Below are positions 28,701-43,512 of a DNA stretch of 64,000 bases, one piece after another; the stretch's first letter is position 1, and every line of letters starts with the position of its first letter. The notes beneath the pieces are model-generated. The model did not search any database, had not been told where the DNA came from, and saw only the letters and a program-made list of their open reading frames with translations. The position numbers and the translations under genes were made by a program. Origin of the DNA: Laetmonice hystrix (taxonomy: Eukaryota). The stretch spans positions 22,940,001 to 23,004,000 of the forward strand of contig OZ249438.1 in the NCBI GenBank assembly GCA_965235115.1. The letters are read 5' to 3'.

Positions 28701-31700
28701 ACTGTACTAGTATTACATGTAGACTTATTCAAATCTTTACAGTAGTTTTAGTATGGTGTAGCAGTTATGGACTCTGACAAACTGACTGGAGTGGACACAT
28801 GCATGCGTTTCACATATATCTTTTCTGACCTTACAAGGCTTGGTAGATTTGTAGAACTTACGTCCTTGACAAAATGAAACACCATGTCAAAATCAATATG
28901 GTGATTCTTGACGGAGTAGTTTTCCGTCCTCCGTGTGAGTACCAAAAATAGTGCACATCCAGTAAACTTAATGCTAGCACACATTGAGATTGGCGAAGTG
29001 CACCCTGACTTGGTCGCCTCTGTCATACACCCGAGTATACATACAGCACATGAGAGGTATATTTATTCCATGCCACGACCTGATGCATATTTATAAAGGT
29101 ATCATTTGTTGAAGTTGGCTAGCTCCATTACAAGTGCTTCCATTGAGAGCAGCGTTTACCCACCAAGATCCCTGTTAGCTATCCCCGGGGTAAGGCCCAC
29201 GTCGCTTAATTTAGGGGCAAACAAACGTATATTTGGCGGGAGGGGCAGCCATGACAGGCAGGGTTATTTGGGGCGTAATGCCCATTCATGGGTGTGCTTT
29301 ACCTCCGCGTCTGCATACATATGTTCTCCGCCCCTTCAACTACCTGTCCACATATTTGTTGAATCGGTGCCATTTACCTGCCTAACATTGACATAGGATG
29401 CATCTATGTGCATACTTCGAGACAGCCAATTCATAGCAATTCATATCTTTCCCACCTGAAATGGAGTGTCGCGCGTCTAAGGTTACCCGCGAATCCTCGG
29501 TGCATGTACCCCATGGTGCCACCCCTGTCTCTCAATGGAGAAGCACACGTTTCACTGGATCGCCATTTGCACAGCATCATCAGTATGTTGTGTGGACTGT
29601 CTGCCCGCCCGGTCTCGCTTTCTCCACCTCTTGAGTGCACAAGAAAACCAGCTCAGATTTGATGTAATGGCTCAATTTGAGTAACCCCGGAGAAACCTGA
29701 GTCAGCTGTCAATCACAGGCCATCCCACACAACTGTCAACAAGCAACGCTTACACAGGATGCTCGGGTTGCAGCGTGACGGAGAATATATGATTTATCTG
29801 TCTATTGTCGTCTGCGGACGCTATTGTCCGGCCAGATTGGGAAGGTGGAGTCGGGGAACCTCGGGCCCCGGCACGTGGAAAGTTAAAGCGTACATCGGTC
29901 ACATTTATTATAAACCAATGAACTGCTGGATGAAAATAAAAACCAGTTAACTGCACCTGAACCAAAGTTCATTGGTGCCAATGCATTCATTTTTACTTAA
30001 CTTTTGTATTTCCATTCAGATTTTTCAAAAGTTGTCCTATTAAATTGTGTAAAATCAAAGTTAATATCCAGAGTTGTTTCCTTAAGATCTGCTTTCCTTT
30101 TTCCTCATCAAGGAAGGTGAACAGAAAGAAGATTCCCTAGATTTAGACTTTAGTGCCGATCCAACAAGTTCACAATAACACTGGCTTGCATTCCCCAGCT
30201 GTAAACCTCATATTTAAGTTAACGGCGGCGCTATGGTAAGCCCATGTAGGTATTTTCACCTGATTTCAAAACGATATTTTATGAAGTGAAGGAATAACTT
30301 GCCAAGTTTATGGTGAGCATCAAATCGTTTGTAATGCCTTTCAATACTAAGATAACCCTCAGCTCTGAAAATAACTCTTTCTTTAGATAGAAGCTGATCC
30401 TACAAATACGGAGTCTCTACATACCGAGTATAACACGCTGTATGCTTCCAGTTTAATGAAACTACGTCCAAAATGTGCAACAGCAAAAGGTCGCTCCACA
30501 ATAGACTGGGTTTTGGGACCCATTAAATATCTCAGAAAGCATGTATCCTAGGACAAAGCTAACAGTGACTTCTATTGCCACAAGCCGGTGCCTGCCGTCA
30601 AGTCAATGACAACACCCAGAAAAAACATTATTGCCGCCAGAGTAACCTACATTCTCGGCAAAACGTATTTTTCCACCAGGGGGCGCGCAATCTTGCGGAG
30701 CATTGTCCCAAGTCCCGTCCACGGCCATTGAGGTGTGGTTAGTACTGCTGCCCGCCCGCCCAGGTCCACGTCCGGCTGGGTCCACGTCCGGCAGGGTAAG
30801 CGCCCCACAGTGGTTCACGATGGGTGGTTCGGTGACAGGACACCCAGAGAGCGGGATCAGGTGCGCCCATATTGTCAGCGATCGGCCGATGACTATCAGC
30901 CGTCACCCTGCCCACTGACGTGTCCATTCACAGCAACCACTCACACATTCCTCACTCCTTTCAGCACGCTGATGATGTTGTTAATTCCCGAAATGCACTG
31001 GAATGGTTGCAATTTCAGCGCCACAATCTGCGGATTCATCATTACTATCAGTTTGTTGTGTGTCTCCATCCGCCGCGTCCGATTCCCACCCAATTGGTCT
31101 CAATTTGCAGGCGAGCCCAAAAAACGGCCTGTCTGCCCCACCTGATGTGGCAATTAACGTCAAATTTGTCACTCGGGCGGAAGAGGACCCTTTTTGAGCA
31201 ACGGACACGGGGATGCATCAACCAGTTCCATTTGGGCACCCTGGCCAGAGAGTCAAAACCTTTCTGCTACACTTGACACAGTAATTGAAACTTGATAGCG
31301 GGAAAATTGCTTCATTTCAAGGGGAAATCACTTGCCAAATGAGGATCTTTGATCGACAACAATGTTGACATGGAGATGTTTTTTCACGTCCCTCCTCCCC
31401 CTTTATACCCGACCCTTCCGAGTGACATCCTAGTAACATATACCGACTTTAGTGGCTTCATCATCATGAGGTAGGAGGGAGACGCCCTGTGAGGTACTCT
31501 CCTGGGATCTACACTACCCCACCCCCGCGTTCACTGTGCCCTCTCAAACATCACCAGGATGACACAGCAGCCTTTGTTTCTGTAGAAAGTCCTCCGCCAA
31601 GACAACTAATGACGTTTGTAAACATGCGAGGTGTGAAATCAGGTTTGAGAGTTAAATAGAGGCCACAGCAAGGGTCACGCTACTTTGGTCTATCTCGGCT

Positions 31701-34700
31701 AGCGTAATTAGTATCATGGCGTATCTCAAATGTAATAGCAACCGTTGGGAGTGCAACCTTTGAGTTTCTAACATTGTTAACACTGATCAGGCAGCTACAT
31801 GCCTGCCTCACAAACGGTGTCTTCTGGCCGTGAGCCGCCGCCTGAATCGACCAAGATGAACAAGGAAACTTTGCCTCCGGCCATAAAAGCAATCTTGCAG
31901 GCCGTGAAGATCGGGCCTGTCCCAATAGCACTAGATACGGTTTATCATCTAGGCAAAATGTTCCCTGTCAGATAATAATCTAATAGTGCCTGCCAAGGCA
32001 CGATAAATTTTACACATAATTTGAAGGGATAATATTTATCGATAAAATGAGCTCGCAGCGAAACGGGATTTCATCTTGCGTGTGTATAGCTGTTTTGCGG
32101 CCTGTTCCCGGAAGATGTGGCTGGGAATTCTATGGCAGATTGTCACCAGCCCACTGACCACACTTAGCTATACAGATGGTGGGTAAGGCGCCTACATACG
32201 GCCGACAGATGCAAATTTCATTAGCTAAAACGTCTGCGAAGAATCGGTATTTGTACACGAACCTAATTAGATAGGTCTCAATATGGCAATGCATTTTGAA
32301 TAAGTTCTTGCTTGGGATGGCACCGCATGCTGTAACAGTGTAACATCGATAGGTTCTGAATGGCGAAATACTTGGATACAAGTAAAACTGTACAAATCTA
32401 TTGAAAGTTACTAAAGCAAATAACGTTTTAAATGAACTTTGTAAATATAGTAAAGTGTTTTGCATGCAGCTATAGGCTTATATTGATTACACCTACATAC
32501 GGAGCGGTGCACATAGGGAACATACACATATATATTCATGTATATAAGAACGCAGCATACAAGATCATAATACAATGCCTTACTTACAGGTACGCAGGTG
32601 TATGTAAACTTGTATGTGTATTATTCTCATCACAAGGTTATCAGACTAACTATAGGGGGGGAATGACCCATAATGTTACATCATCGATTTCAATCTAATT
32701 ATGTCCTCTCGGAAGGTTGGTATAGACAGAGCCCGATTTAACAAGCCATCTCGGGTTGAAGTCAGTGAAGCATCGATACCCTTGCGGTGTCCATAACGGA
32801 GGTACATCTATACAAGCAGGTCACTTTGATGTAGCAGGAAATGCGCTATCGTGTTGACAGTGCACCTGCTCCGGTTTGCTATCGGTGAGTAGCCAGACTC
32901 GGATGGACAGATCCGAGTCTGCCCAGCGTTCCATGCACGGAACCTCTGTTATTTTCTCCCGCAATGAAGCGTCTCTAATGACCCCCAATGAATAGTGTGG
33001 CGCTCGCGGGCTGCACAGACAAATGGGGGGATGCTACCCCCTATCGCACCGGCTCGTCTAGTTTAGCCATCATCGACACAGCCAGTATAAAGTATCATGT
33101 GATTGGGGTCCTGTTTACAAAGATATGTAGGCCCAATTTGGCGGGACAATAGTGCTGCTATAAAGACTAGAGGTGTCCCCTTCATCAATTATGACTACAA
33201 AAACCAGAGCCCGCGGGAAGAGATGCATTGTGGAGGCCCGGACGAACAGATATCCGACTCGGAAGATGCTCCGGGCCATGAACGGATTCTGGTTGCAAAG
33301 ATAACGCACGCAATGCAGCCCTTGTCGAAATCTTCAGCTCAAAAGTCAAATTTCTTCCTTTGATTTAATTACGAGCCGAGCAGGTGTAACTAAAGTATGT
33401 CATGGCAGTGGGCGGCATCGAATATCGGCGAACCATCCAAGGTATCCATCCCTTCCAGCCAACTCACGCTCCGTCAAACGGCTGCCGTCACCCGACACTG
33501 GTGGCGTTTTCCGCCATCCACCTGAACCATGGTGAGTAGAGAGTGAAGGCGAGGAGCAGGGGTGGGTGCAAAACGTGTGGCACTTGAACATTAACGTGCG
33601 CACGCAGTTCTGACAGATATGTGTGCGCTTAATTGAATTAAGTAAACATGCACTCAGGTTGGTGTCTTCCAGGTGGGCGCCCCGAGTCTTTAGTATGCAT
33701 GACGCACGGAGAGGTGGGCTGGGCCGACGGGACGGCGACACATTGCTAAGTGGATAGGTGGGGCCAGGTAGATATCCAGTAACGAATAGAAGTGATGCTT
33801 TCATTTAAACCACTCTATGGGGTTGAAGATTAGGGTGGCCTACCCCCCCCCCCCCCACACACACACACACACCCCACATCGACGTCGTTAGGCCGTACAG
33901 ATGGCGATGCACCATTCCAATATTAACCCCCGGATATAATACTTTCAAAATGTGAATGGTCGTATTTTGTCCCTAAATGCTGAATGCACTTATTAATCAT
34001 GTATACCATAAGCATACTGTAGCTATAGGTTTTATAGATCAGAAGTCAACACACAAGATACGGGATAAAGCGGCTGATACCTTAGGAGGTATGCATTATC
34101 CGTAATGATATCCCTCTTTGAAGTTGTACAGAGGTGTCCGATAATGGTCAAAGTTTGACTGGCCTTGAGACCACTCACCTCTCCACCACTACCGACAGCC
34201 CACTTGAACTTCCTTTTTCACCTTTGGAACCAAACACCTTGTGCCTACGAAAAGGAAAGATCTTGAGAATAGGTGCTAAAACGTAAATGACCCTCAATGT
34301 GACTGTGGAAGAGTGTTTAATAAAGGAAGAATGCCAGCAAAGACTGGGTAAGAGTGTGCTGGTGGTCTGGCCGGCGTCATAAGGATGTCCTTAGACATTC
34401 TCGTATTTCTCACATTAACCAGCAATGAAGTCCAGTGAAGATTTTCTAACAATGTGGTGCCCGTGGTCGAGGCCCAGAAAGTGTCCAGTCTCTCCACTGA
34501 ATAAACGAGGACTCTTGGGTTGCTCTACAAGAATGGTTCGCGTTGTGTAAGGGAGGTGGCGCTGTAGTTCCGAATGAAAAGGTTACTAGAGTAGGGCACT
34601 CGCAGTTACCCAGCGATTTGTGAAGTGGAATACTTGTGGCTAGTTTTGACTCCAGCTTGTCGGGGGCTTATTGTGCTGTCAGTCTATTATGCCACGCTGT

Positions 34701-37700
34701 CTTTCTGTATCGGTATCACCTTAGAAAAAAACATGTTAGCCTCGGCCCTCGGCCTCCCGTGGACAGTTGGTTCGAGTTGCATTGTGTAATTCTTGTCGGC
34801 CGTGGAACAATGAATGCAATGGGAGGTGTGCTGAAGGGTACTGTAGGACTTAAACAGAACTCTCAGCATTGGTTGGTCATTACAGCGTGAATAGGGCAAT
34901 ATCGCTGTAGGGGTTCTTGTAGTGACCACTGAATGGTGGTCTAAAGGAGATACATTAGTAGTCGATCAGGGGGGCTGGGGGTGGGGGCGGTAAGGAGCAG
35001 TTGTTACTGTACACAGGACCAGAGACAACCTCTTGAAAGGGTTCACTGACGTTGTTGGGGGTCATCCGAATAGACCTATATATGTACACAAGGACGTGTC
35101 CATGAGTTCATACGAAACGATATTAAACACTTCACATTGCGCTCTTCTGGCGGGTGCTCCTATCTGGAGGATTTCCCTTTTCATCTCCTTCTACATTGTC
35201 CGGATGAGCGTGAAGGAGCCAATCTCGTCAATTCAATTCCATTGTAGGTTGGGGGAATGTCAGGCTAGAGTCGTCCTTCTCCCGGCAGTGTTTCACATAA
35301 CAAGCATTGCCTCGTCACAGAAACACTGGCCAACATCGGTCAGTTGTTGACCGGCGGCCAGTGAAGAGCCGTACTCGGCCCCAAGAGCGTCCTCTTTGTT
35401 GTAGGAGCTCTGTGCCGACCTCAGGTCCAACGGCCCCACTCATTGTCCGTCCTGCTGGTCAGCACAAAGCCGCTCCGGGGTTATATAAACTATTCACTCA
35501 ACCAGAAGGCCGACAGCCCAACTGCCTCAGTTGGCTTTAGAGAGAGGAGCAGGTCGAACGCTTGGAAGCAATTGTCTGCGCGGCAGTTTGGGCCAGAGTG
35601 ACCTCTCAAGGCCCATCGTGTTGGCCCTCGGAGGCCCACAGGCTTCGGCAGTTGCTGATGTGAATACGAACGTCCACTTGAAGGATGGCTGCCAGAATTG
35701 CGCCTTTACGCTTGCTGCACTGTTGATGATTTCAACTTGTGGCATATTGGAGAAGCTCTTCTTGTTTCGCTTTATGGGGGGGGGGAGATTCGTACCTGAC
35801 CCAGTGTCCCCCACCCCGACCTTGCCCACCGCCGACGCTTGCCTTGCCATAATGGGATCCATTAGCCATAAATGGCGTTCTACTGAATGATTGTGTGATT
35901 TCTTTATGCAATATTGCAAGATACACTTACCCCCCACAGGCGCACAACCATCTGTCAAAATTCGCCAATTTGTCGAGCTTGTCATCATGTTCGGTAATTT
36001 TCAGCGGGAAATCAGCGTCTAATTTCTTAAGCAAAATTTTACACTGGCACGATGAACTGTATTAGCATTCAGATGCCCCGGAATTGCCCCGATCGAAAGA
36101 GGATCGACAAGATCTGAGGCGGGCTTTCGTGGCTTTTGATATGGAAATGTTCATGAGATTATTGAAATATTGCCGTTTTCTCTGCGTCTGCTGTGTGTGT
36201 TTGATGTGGGGTGTCCATAGCCTGCAGTCATTGCAGGAAGGTGAATGGCACCTAAAACACGGCATGTAACCCTCGTGCGCTCTTAGGCAAATGACCAGAA
36301 GCCATACGCCATGGACATTACGGTGTGTCTGCTCCTTCACCGTCGGGGCACCCCCACACACGGCGCACGGGAGGCAAAAGGAGCCATAAAAGCTGGTTGC
36401 GTTAATCAAATTTGACGGATCCATACACCACACGCCATGAGAGCCACTGCATTAATTCGAACTTGAACCCTTTTAACCAGCTGAGCTCTGTTTTTGCGTG
36501 TGTGAGCGTAATTACATTTTGATCATGAGAGACCGTCTGACAGGATTTGCCGGGCGTTTCCACCATATTATAGCCCGAGGATATTTTTGCACTGTCATTC
36601 CGACGTTGTCGTTCTCATAGATTGGTCTCTATCTAGTGCAGGACAGAAGTTGGGGTCACGCCTTCCTTCAAAAAGTGCACATCCGGGGGAAATATTCGCG
36701 GACCGACTTTGAACGGACGTGTACTGATTATAAGAGTTGTTCTAAGTTTTTGTCTTCCTGAGTGACGCATGCAAAAATATCTGTCCATCCCCGACGGTCC
36801 GTTTGGCCGCCTGAAGTGTTCTTCGCTATAGGAGAGGTACGTGTCGCTAGATTTTGTGCTCCAAGTCACATTTAACCAAGACCATTAGCAATAATTAAAT
36901 TATCTGAATGTTTTAGCTGATGCAGTCTGGCATGTCACCGAGAGGCCTGCTCCGACCGCGCAATTTGTGTGATTGTCAACGACCACCATCGGGGGTGCTA
37001 TGGATGCCTGCGGAGTGAGGCGCCCGCCTGGAAGATGGACGTCGAGAGATAGTTACAGGCTGCAAGTCTCCTCGTCCTCAACACCGTCAGGTGTGCTTCA
37101 ATAAGTGCAAGGTCACGAGGGTCATTTCTGTGCACGTGACCAACTTACACTTTCCGTCTGCGAGTGTAATGCCACATACCGCCACTAGGGGGCGGTAGTT
37201 GCGCTGGAGGTTTCCTTGTACTGGCGTGCGCCCCTTGACGTCACACGGCTAGCAGACGACACTGCACGGCGGGCTAACATTACTCGTCCCTACCGGTCAA
37301 TCCTGCACGCAACCCTTTCCTTTCTCTTTGTCCGTGCCCTCTCATCCAGTTCACGGTCACATTTCAGCCTACAGCCTAGGGTCATTGTGTGCCTCACCAT
37401 GGGTTTATTAAATTTCTATCAAATAGTATAGTGCCTTTGAGGAGAGTGGTCGAAAACTATGTGGAAACAAATGTAGGGCAGGAAAGGGACCTGCAATAGC
37501 ATGCGATCTCTATAACGTACAGGACAAAGGATAATATGCCATTGAATAAATATTCCAGCATTGAACGGCATCAGGCTTTTAATCGGCCAGTGGTTTTGGC
37601 CGGCTGTATCCTGGAAGGTTGCTGCACAGTGAACTAACAATACGGCCTGATATCATGTAACTGTTAGCTATCCAGTCGTTTAACTGCGGTTGTCATTGCC

Positions 37701-39629
37701 CAGAAGCTTGCCAATGATGCCAGGGACATTGTACTACTCTATAGGAAATAGGGCAATTTTCTGAAAACGATATTATTGATATTTAAAGCTGTCAGAAGTA
37801 ACTCATCGTGCCCCACACAAGTATGAACTTAATATCCTAAAATATAAAATAATGAGTCGGTATTAGAGGGAGTCATTACGAAAATCACCGGCTTTATTTG
37901 GATAATGGCGAAAATTGTAAGGATAGTTAATGCATGCTTTGTCAATGGGAAGTCGGCGATGACTCAATCGGGAGGAAAGCTATCTATGAAGCGTTTAATA
38001 GGTACTCTGTAGTTCTGACGGGCGCTTATTTGCCATTCGAAACTGGGAAAATTATATCTTTCCATGTATCATGCTAATAGCAATTACGTAAGAAACCCAA
38101 ATTTTAAGAGAGAGTGTTATTACATTCTACAAAAAGGAATTGCTTTAGGAATTCCATGGCGCCTTGTTATTTTCATTGGTAATGAAAACGCGGGGAGGTC
38201 CAAGATCGGTCTGGGACACTGTGAAAAAATCTCATAATTGATATCACATAATTGCATCTCGATTTCCATAAACATTGGGACCAAAAGGGGCAAGATGAAC
38301 GGGGGTAGCAGAACTCTAACTGTATATAACCCTTTGCATGAGTTATCATGCACAATGGCATTTCCCTTGCTGTTTGATGTAGACTAGTTATCAATTTACC
38401 AGTGCAATGAAGTGTGATTTTTCCATTTCATCAATTGGTCTGATGCGGCAGTCAGGACTGACGGAGGGGTGTATCTGTCTTTAATAATAAGATAATAGAT
38501 AGGTCATTTGAGTGTGTATTATCGTAATTACCTGGCTCAGTTTCAGTGAACTGTTTCCGCGCCAAGCTCTGATACAAGAGTCACTACTGTGGTATATATT
38601 TATTTATCATTTATTCCGACCGTGTGGGGCCCACCTATACTTATCTGGGTGATCGGCATGACCATGACAACCAGTGCCTGGGTAATATAGGCATATATTT
38701 AAGTTACTCGGTTTTCTGAACTTAGACACATTATATTGGCCATATATAAGTTTCATTCTAGTATGAAACACCATCAATACTAGAAAAGGGACAGAAAACA
38801 AATGTAATGTAAAATATGTGTATAATTTTCATAACAAAATACAAAGACTATCTAAAATACTCGAGTTCAAAGAATGAGGCAATAACTATGAGTTGCAATG
38901 ACCATGGCGAAGTACCCTTATGGTTTAACAACTAGATAGACACAATCTCGTTTGAATTTAACAGATTAACGTTGCCTTCGAATATGAAATTACCCTCACC
39001 AAGGTTCGTGACCTTGACTAGGCTCGTGACCTTGACCACGGTTGGTGACGTCAGGTATGACGTCACATGAATTCATACACAACTTTGACGTAGCGCCATG
39101 CGCGGTCAATGCTGACGCCAAGTATAAACGTATGTGTATTCTATCTGTCTATGGTAATTCTATGATCCACATATCAGAATGATCTTACAAAGATTGAGTG
39201 ACCCTGGCCCTCATGAAATAATAACCGTGTTGGGTTTGGCGTCATATCAAAGTTATTCAGAGCACCCATCCACGGGCACCAATCACCGTCATATGGACAG
39301 ACTTGTCTCGCGTATCAGGCTCTGTGTACTGTTGGAAGCTACCTGGTGTAAAAAGAAAATTGCTTCGATTGGCAGATCCATAACTTATGTCGGCAGGAAA
39401 AATATAGATTTATAACGTTTTCCGGGACGTCGTGTTGACGTAGTTTGCAACTGGCGTATTGGTGTCTTGCCAATGGTTTTCTATAAACACAACTGCCGAC
39501 TATGACCATCGAACGCATGCAGGTTTTTCTCTATTTGCATTCATCCAATATGACAGAGGTGAGGATCTAAAACTTGAGATCACCACCACCACCAGCTTCT
39601 TGCCATGACGCCGAGTTTAGCTGTTTAGC

Positions 39630-39758
39630 NNNNNNNNNNNNNNNNNNNNNNNNNNNNNNNNNNNNNNNNNNNNNNNNNNNNNNNNNNNNNNNNNNNNNNN
39701 NNNNNNNNNNNNNNNNNNNNNNNNNNNNNNNNNNNNNNNNNNNNNNNNNNNNNNNNNN
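39630..39758. other. Assembly gap (129 N)
   Basis: Run of N. Confidence 1.
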
Positions 39759-40607
39759 TAACACATTAAGCAATTGGAGTTTTGCATAGACAGGCATGCT
39801 TTAAGAGATTATGATATCTCTCCCCCCAACCTTTTCTACATCTCTGTCTCGGTGGTACATATATACCGTTATGACATTGTTTTAACCTACCACATTGCAC
39901 ACTCATGGCATATTGTATAGGCAAACAGAATAATACGACCAATGTTTCGTGCTTGGACATGATATAAACAAAGCATTTCACCCCTATAAACAAAGAAGGC
40001 AATTCACAAGGCTGTGAAACCTAAGGAACCTCGTGTCATCAATCAAAGTCAGGCAAGATGCATTCAGACAGTGATTATTGCCGGCAGTCAGTCAACATGT
40101 TTGCTTCCATTGTTACGTGTACCACTGCTACTTCAGATCACTTGTTTGTATAGTCGTTACAGGCGAGAAGTTAGATGAACCCTTTGTCAGAAGCGTGGGC
40201 CTTGGATCTAGGTTTCAAAGCCAGAAAGCCAGAAAGCCAGCCACGCCCCAGTGGAAATGAGCGACTCGCAGCTGCTGCGGCTGTCGAGGCCCAGCTATTG
40301 CCCAGGTGCGAGGCAGTAGTATAGCGAGATGGTGGTTTGGGCGCAGAATGATGGCAAGCTTGCCTTTTCTGATATGTGACTCGTTTCTTCTAGGGCACCG
40401 CCGAAATCACGATGGCTGCGGTCGGTGGTGGTTTTGCCGGACAGAGGGGTGTTTGAAAATGTCCAGGGCACCAGAAAATGGTCGCAGCAAGACCTGTGAA
40501 CTGTCACACGAGTCTTTGACCCCAAACAGTTGGTCTACCTGATCGTGTCGCGATCATAAGTCGATTGCCTGATGGTAACACTCGATTGACCTGACCCTGG
40601 ATGTCAA

Positions 40608-41392
40608 CGGAGTCAGGGGTCTGCACGAGTCAGGGGTCTGCACGAGTCAGGGGCCTGCGAGAGTCAGGGGCCTGCGAGAGTCAGGGGCCTGCGAGAGTCA
40701 GGGGCCTGCATGAGTCAGGGGCCTGCACGAGTCAGGGGCCTGCACGAGTCAGGGGTCTTCAGGAGTCAGGGGTCTGCACGAGTCAGGGGTCTGCAGGAGT
40801 CAGGGGTCTGCACGAGTCAGGGGCCTGCACGAGTCAGGGGCCTCCACAAGTCTTGAGACTGCACGAGTCAGGGGCCTGCGAGAGTCAGGGGCCTGCGAGA
40901 GTCAGGGGCCTGCGAGAGTCAGGGGCCTGCATGAGTCAGGGGCCTGCACGAGTCAGGGGCCTGCACGAGTCAGGGGTCTGCAGGAGTCAGGGGTCTGCAC
41001 GAGTCAGGGGCCTGCGAGAGTCAGGGGCCTGCACGAGTCAGCGGCCTGCACGAGTCAGGGGCCAGCACGAGTCAGAGGCCAGCACGAGTCAGGGGCCAGC
41101 ACGAGTCAGGGGCCAGCACGAGTCAGGGGACTGCATGAGTCAGGGACCTGCATGAGTCAGGGGCCTGCGAGAGTCAGGGGCCTGCACGAGTCAGGGGCCT
41201 GCACGAGTCAGGGGCCTGTGAGAGTCAGGGGCCTGTACGAGTCAGGGGCCTGCACGAGTCAGGGGCCTGCACGAGTCAGGGGCCTGCATCAGTCAGGGGC
41301 CTGCACGAGTCAGGGGCCTGCGAGAGTCAGGGGCCTGCACACGTCTTAAGCCTGCACGAGTCAGGGGCCTGCGAGAGTCAGGGGCCTGCACG
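40608..41392. repeat. Minisatellite, 17-bp unit, about 46 copies
   Basis: Unit tgcacgagtcaggggcc; it explains ORFs 40601-41155 and 41152-41349. Confidence 0.96.
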
Positions 41393-42569
41393 TGTCAAGG
41401 ATTACTAACAGATAGATCTACAGTTAGTAAACTTGGGGTAAGTACTAACAGAATACGATAATCAATCAAAAGATCTCTATTGAATGCATGAATACATAGA
41501 TAGTTAATGAAGAACAAAAACAATACAGAGAAAAAGATGCAATTAATACCGACAGTTATCCTACTGGTACCGTTCCCGTCCATCCAGCTTTCTTAATTAC
41601 GCTCTTGCTTTCAGTCCATCGATGACCCCATCACCCGATTTCATTCCTCTTGATTGTTATGGAATGACAGTCGAGACAGGGGTATGGTTATCTTTCTATG
41701 CGTTCTGTCCACGTTAGACAACGTCAGATAAAAAAGCAAGCTGCGCCGATTTTTTTTTCTGTCAGGCCGTCGGAGGTTGCATGTTTCCTTCCTTTCCCCC
41801 TGCAGTCCCTTGGCATCGGTGGCTGTCGTTGTTGTTTAACGACAATTATTTGAAAGGCGATCCCTGTTACGAACGGTAGGCGCCGGCCCAGGTGGGCAGG
41901 CCGTGCAACCTGAGCCCGCTAACCCAAGGGGCAGAATGCCAGAAAGGTCAAGGCATTGGACAACAATAGCGACAAAGTCAAACATGCACAATTATGATCA
42001 GGCCTCCGCAGGGCCTTCTTATGTGTGACGCGGGGAAGCGTCTTTGAAATATTGAAAGGAATGCCAAAATGGAGCAGTACTGAGAGGGCTGGGAAAGTGC
42101 GTCATAAGGTAGCAAAGAGTGACCGACTATGATCTCGTGACGTCATACTCGTACTCCTTCATAAAAAAGGAAATTGTCTGCTTTATGTTGTAGGAGACTC
42201 ACATTCCACACGTCCTTACATAGGACAACGATACTAGTTCTATCTACCGAACGTGGCAAGGAGGGCCAAGTGACACGACAAAAAGCTCGCCATGAAGGAG
42301 CCGTTTAAAAAAAATACAAAAATTGAAATAAGAATAATCGATGTTAGATATATGGGTTACAAATGGAACGATACTATTATTTGTCATAACATTAGTCTAC
42401 ACTGTATGTCTCCCAAGTTAACCCTTGATATACCTAATGTTTCACAATCAGCTGGCAGATATCCATACATGGTCCTCCTTGAGTTCAAACTGAACTTGTC
42501 CCTATAAGGCTGACGCGCAAACCGCCAGTCGATTTAGATTTCCGCATGAACGCTGGTCAGTTTCCCCAC

Positions 42570-42605
42570 CAACAAACAAACAAACAAACAAACAAACAAA
42601 CAAAA
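42570..42605. repeat. (AAAC)n microsatellite
   Basis: Direct reading. Confidence 0.9.
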
Positions 42606-42886
42606 AGATATTCTACTTTGTGGGTTCTCGATATGTAACGTCTCACGCGATTGACATCCTACAATCAGAATGGTTGACTGACTGAATGACCATAGTTCAG
42701 CTAGAACGAAGCGAACGTCTTGTGACATGCAAAACACTTCACTCTAGAGTGTTAAGGAAACTGGCACGCCATCTAGTGGGAAGAACTTGAAGGGGTCTAT
42801 CTTTCTCTTATGCCAAACTTATCAGTATGCTACAAACTGGGGCTGAGGGTTACATGAAGGTTAGTTAGGGGAACTAGATCTAATGG

Positions 42887-43512
42887 ATGTCAAACACCCG
42901 CGTAGTGCACGCCCGTGTCAAACACCCGCGTAGTGCTCGCCCGTGTCAAACACCCGCGTAATGCCCGTGTCAAACACCCGCGTAGTGCACGCCCGTATCA
43001 AACACCCGCGTAGTGCACGCCCGTGTCAAACACCCGCGTAGTGCACGCCCGTGTCAAACACCCGCGTAGTGCTCGCCCGTGTCAAACACCCGCGAAGTGC
43101 ACGCCCGTGTCAAACACCCGCGTAGTGCTCGCCCGTGTCAAACACCCGCGTAGTGCATGCCCGTGTCAAACACCCGCGTAGTGCACGCCCGTGTCAACGC
43201 GTAGTCTCGCCCGTGTCAAACACCCGCGTCGTGCCCGTGTCAAACACCCGCGTAGTGCACGCCCGTGTCAAACACCCGCGTAGTGCACGCCCGTGTCAAA
43301 CACCCGCGTAGTGCACGCCCGTGTCAAACACCCGCGTAGTGCACGCCCGTGTCAAACACCCGCGTAGTGCACGCCCGTGTCAAACACCCGCGTAGTGCAC
43401 GCTCGTGTCAAACACCCGCGTCGTGCCCGTGTCAAACACCCGCGTAGTGCACGCCCGAGTCAAACACCAGCGTAGTGCACGACCGTGTCAAACACCTGCG
43501 TAGTGCATGCAC
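42887..43512. repeat. Minisatellite, 28-bp unit, about 22 copies
   Basis: Unit gtgtcaaacacccgcgtagtgcacgccc. Confidence 0.96.

Noticed and set aside
35482-35535. TATA box plus Inr (TATATAAA ... TCAGTT) as a plus-strand promoter
   Set aside because: The spacing is about 45 nt rather than about 30, and no downstream exon or ORF is supported.
40601-41349. Repeat-protein ORFs (ESGACTSQGPARVRGLH)n
   Set aside because: The 17-bp unit is not a multiple of three; the peptide periodicity is simply three units.
42361-42375. U6 snRNA-like TGGAACGATAC
   Set aside because: Only an 11-nt match, with no flanking similarity.
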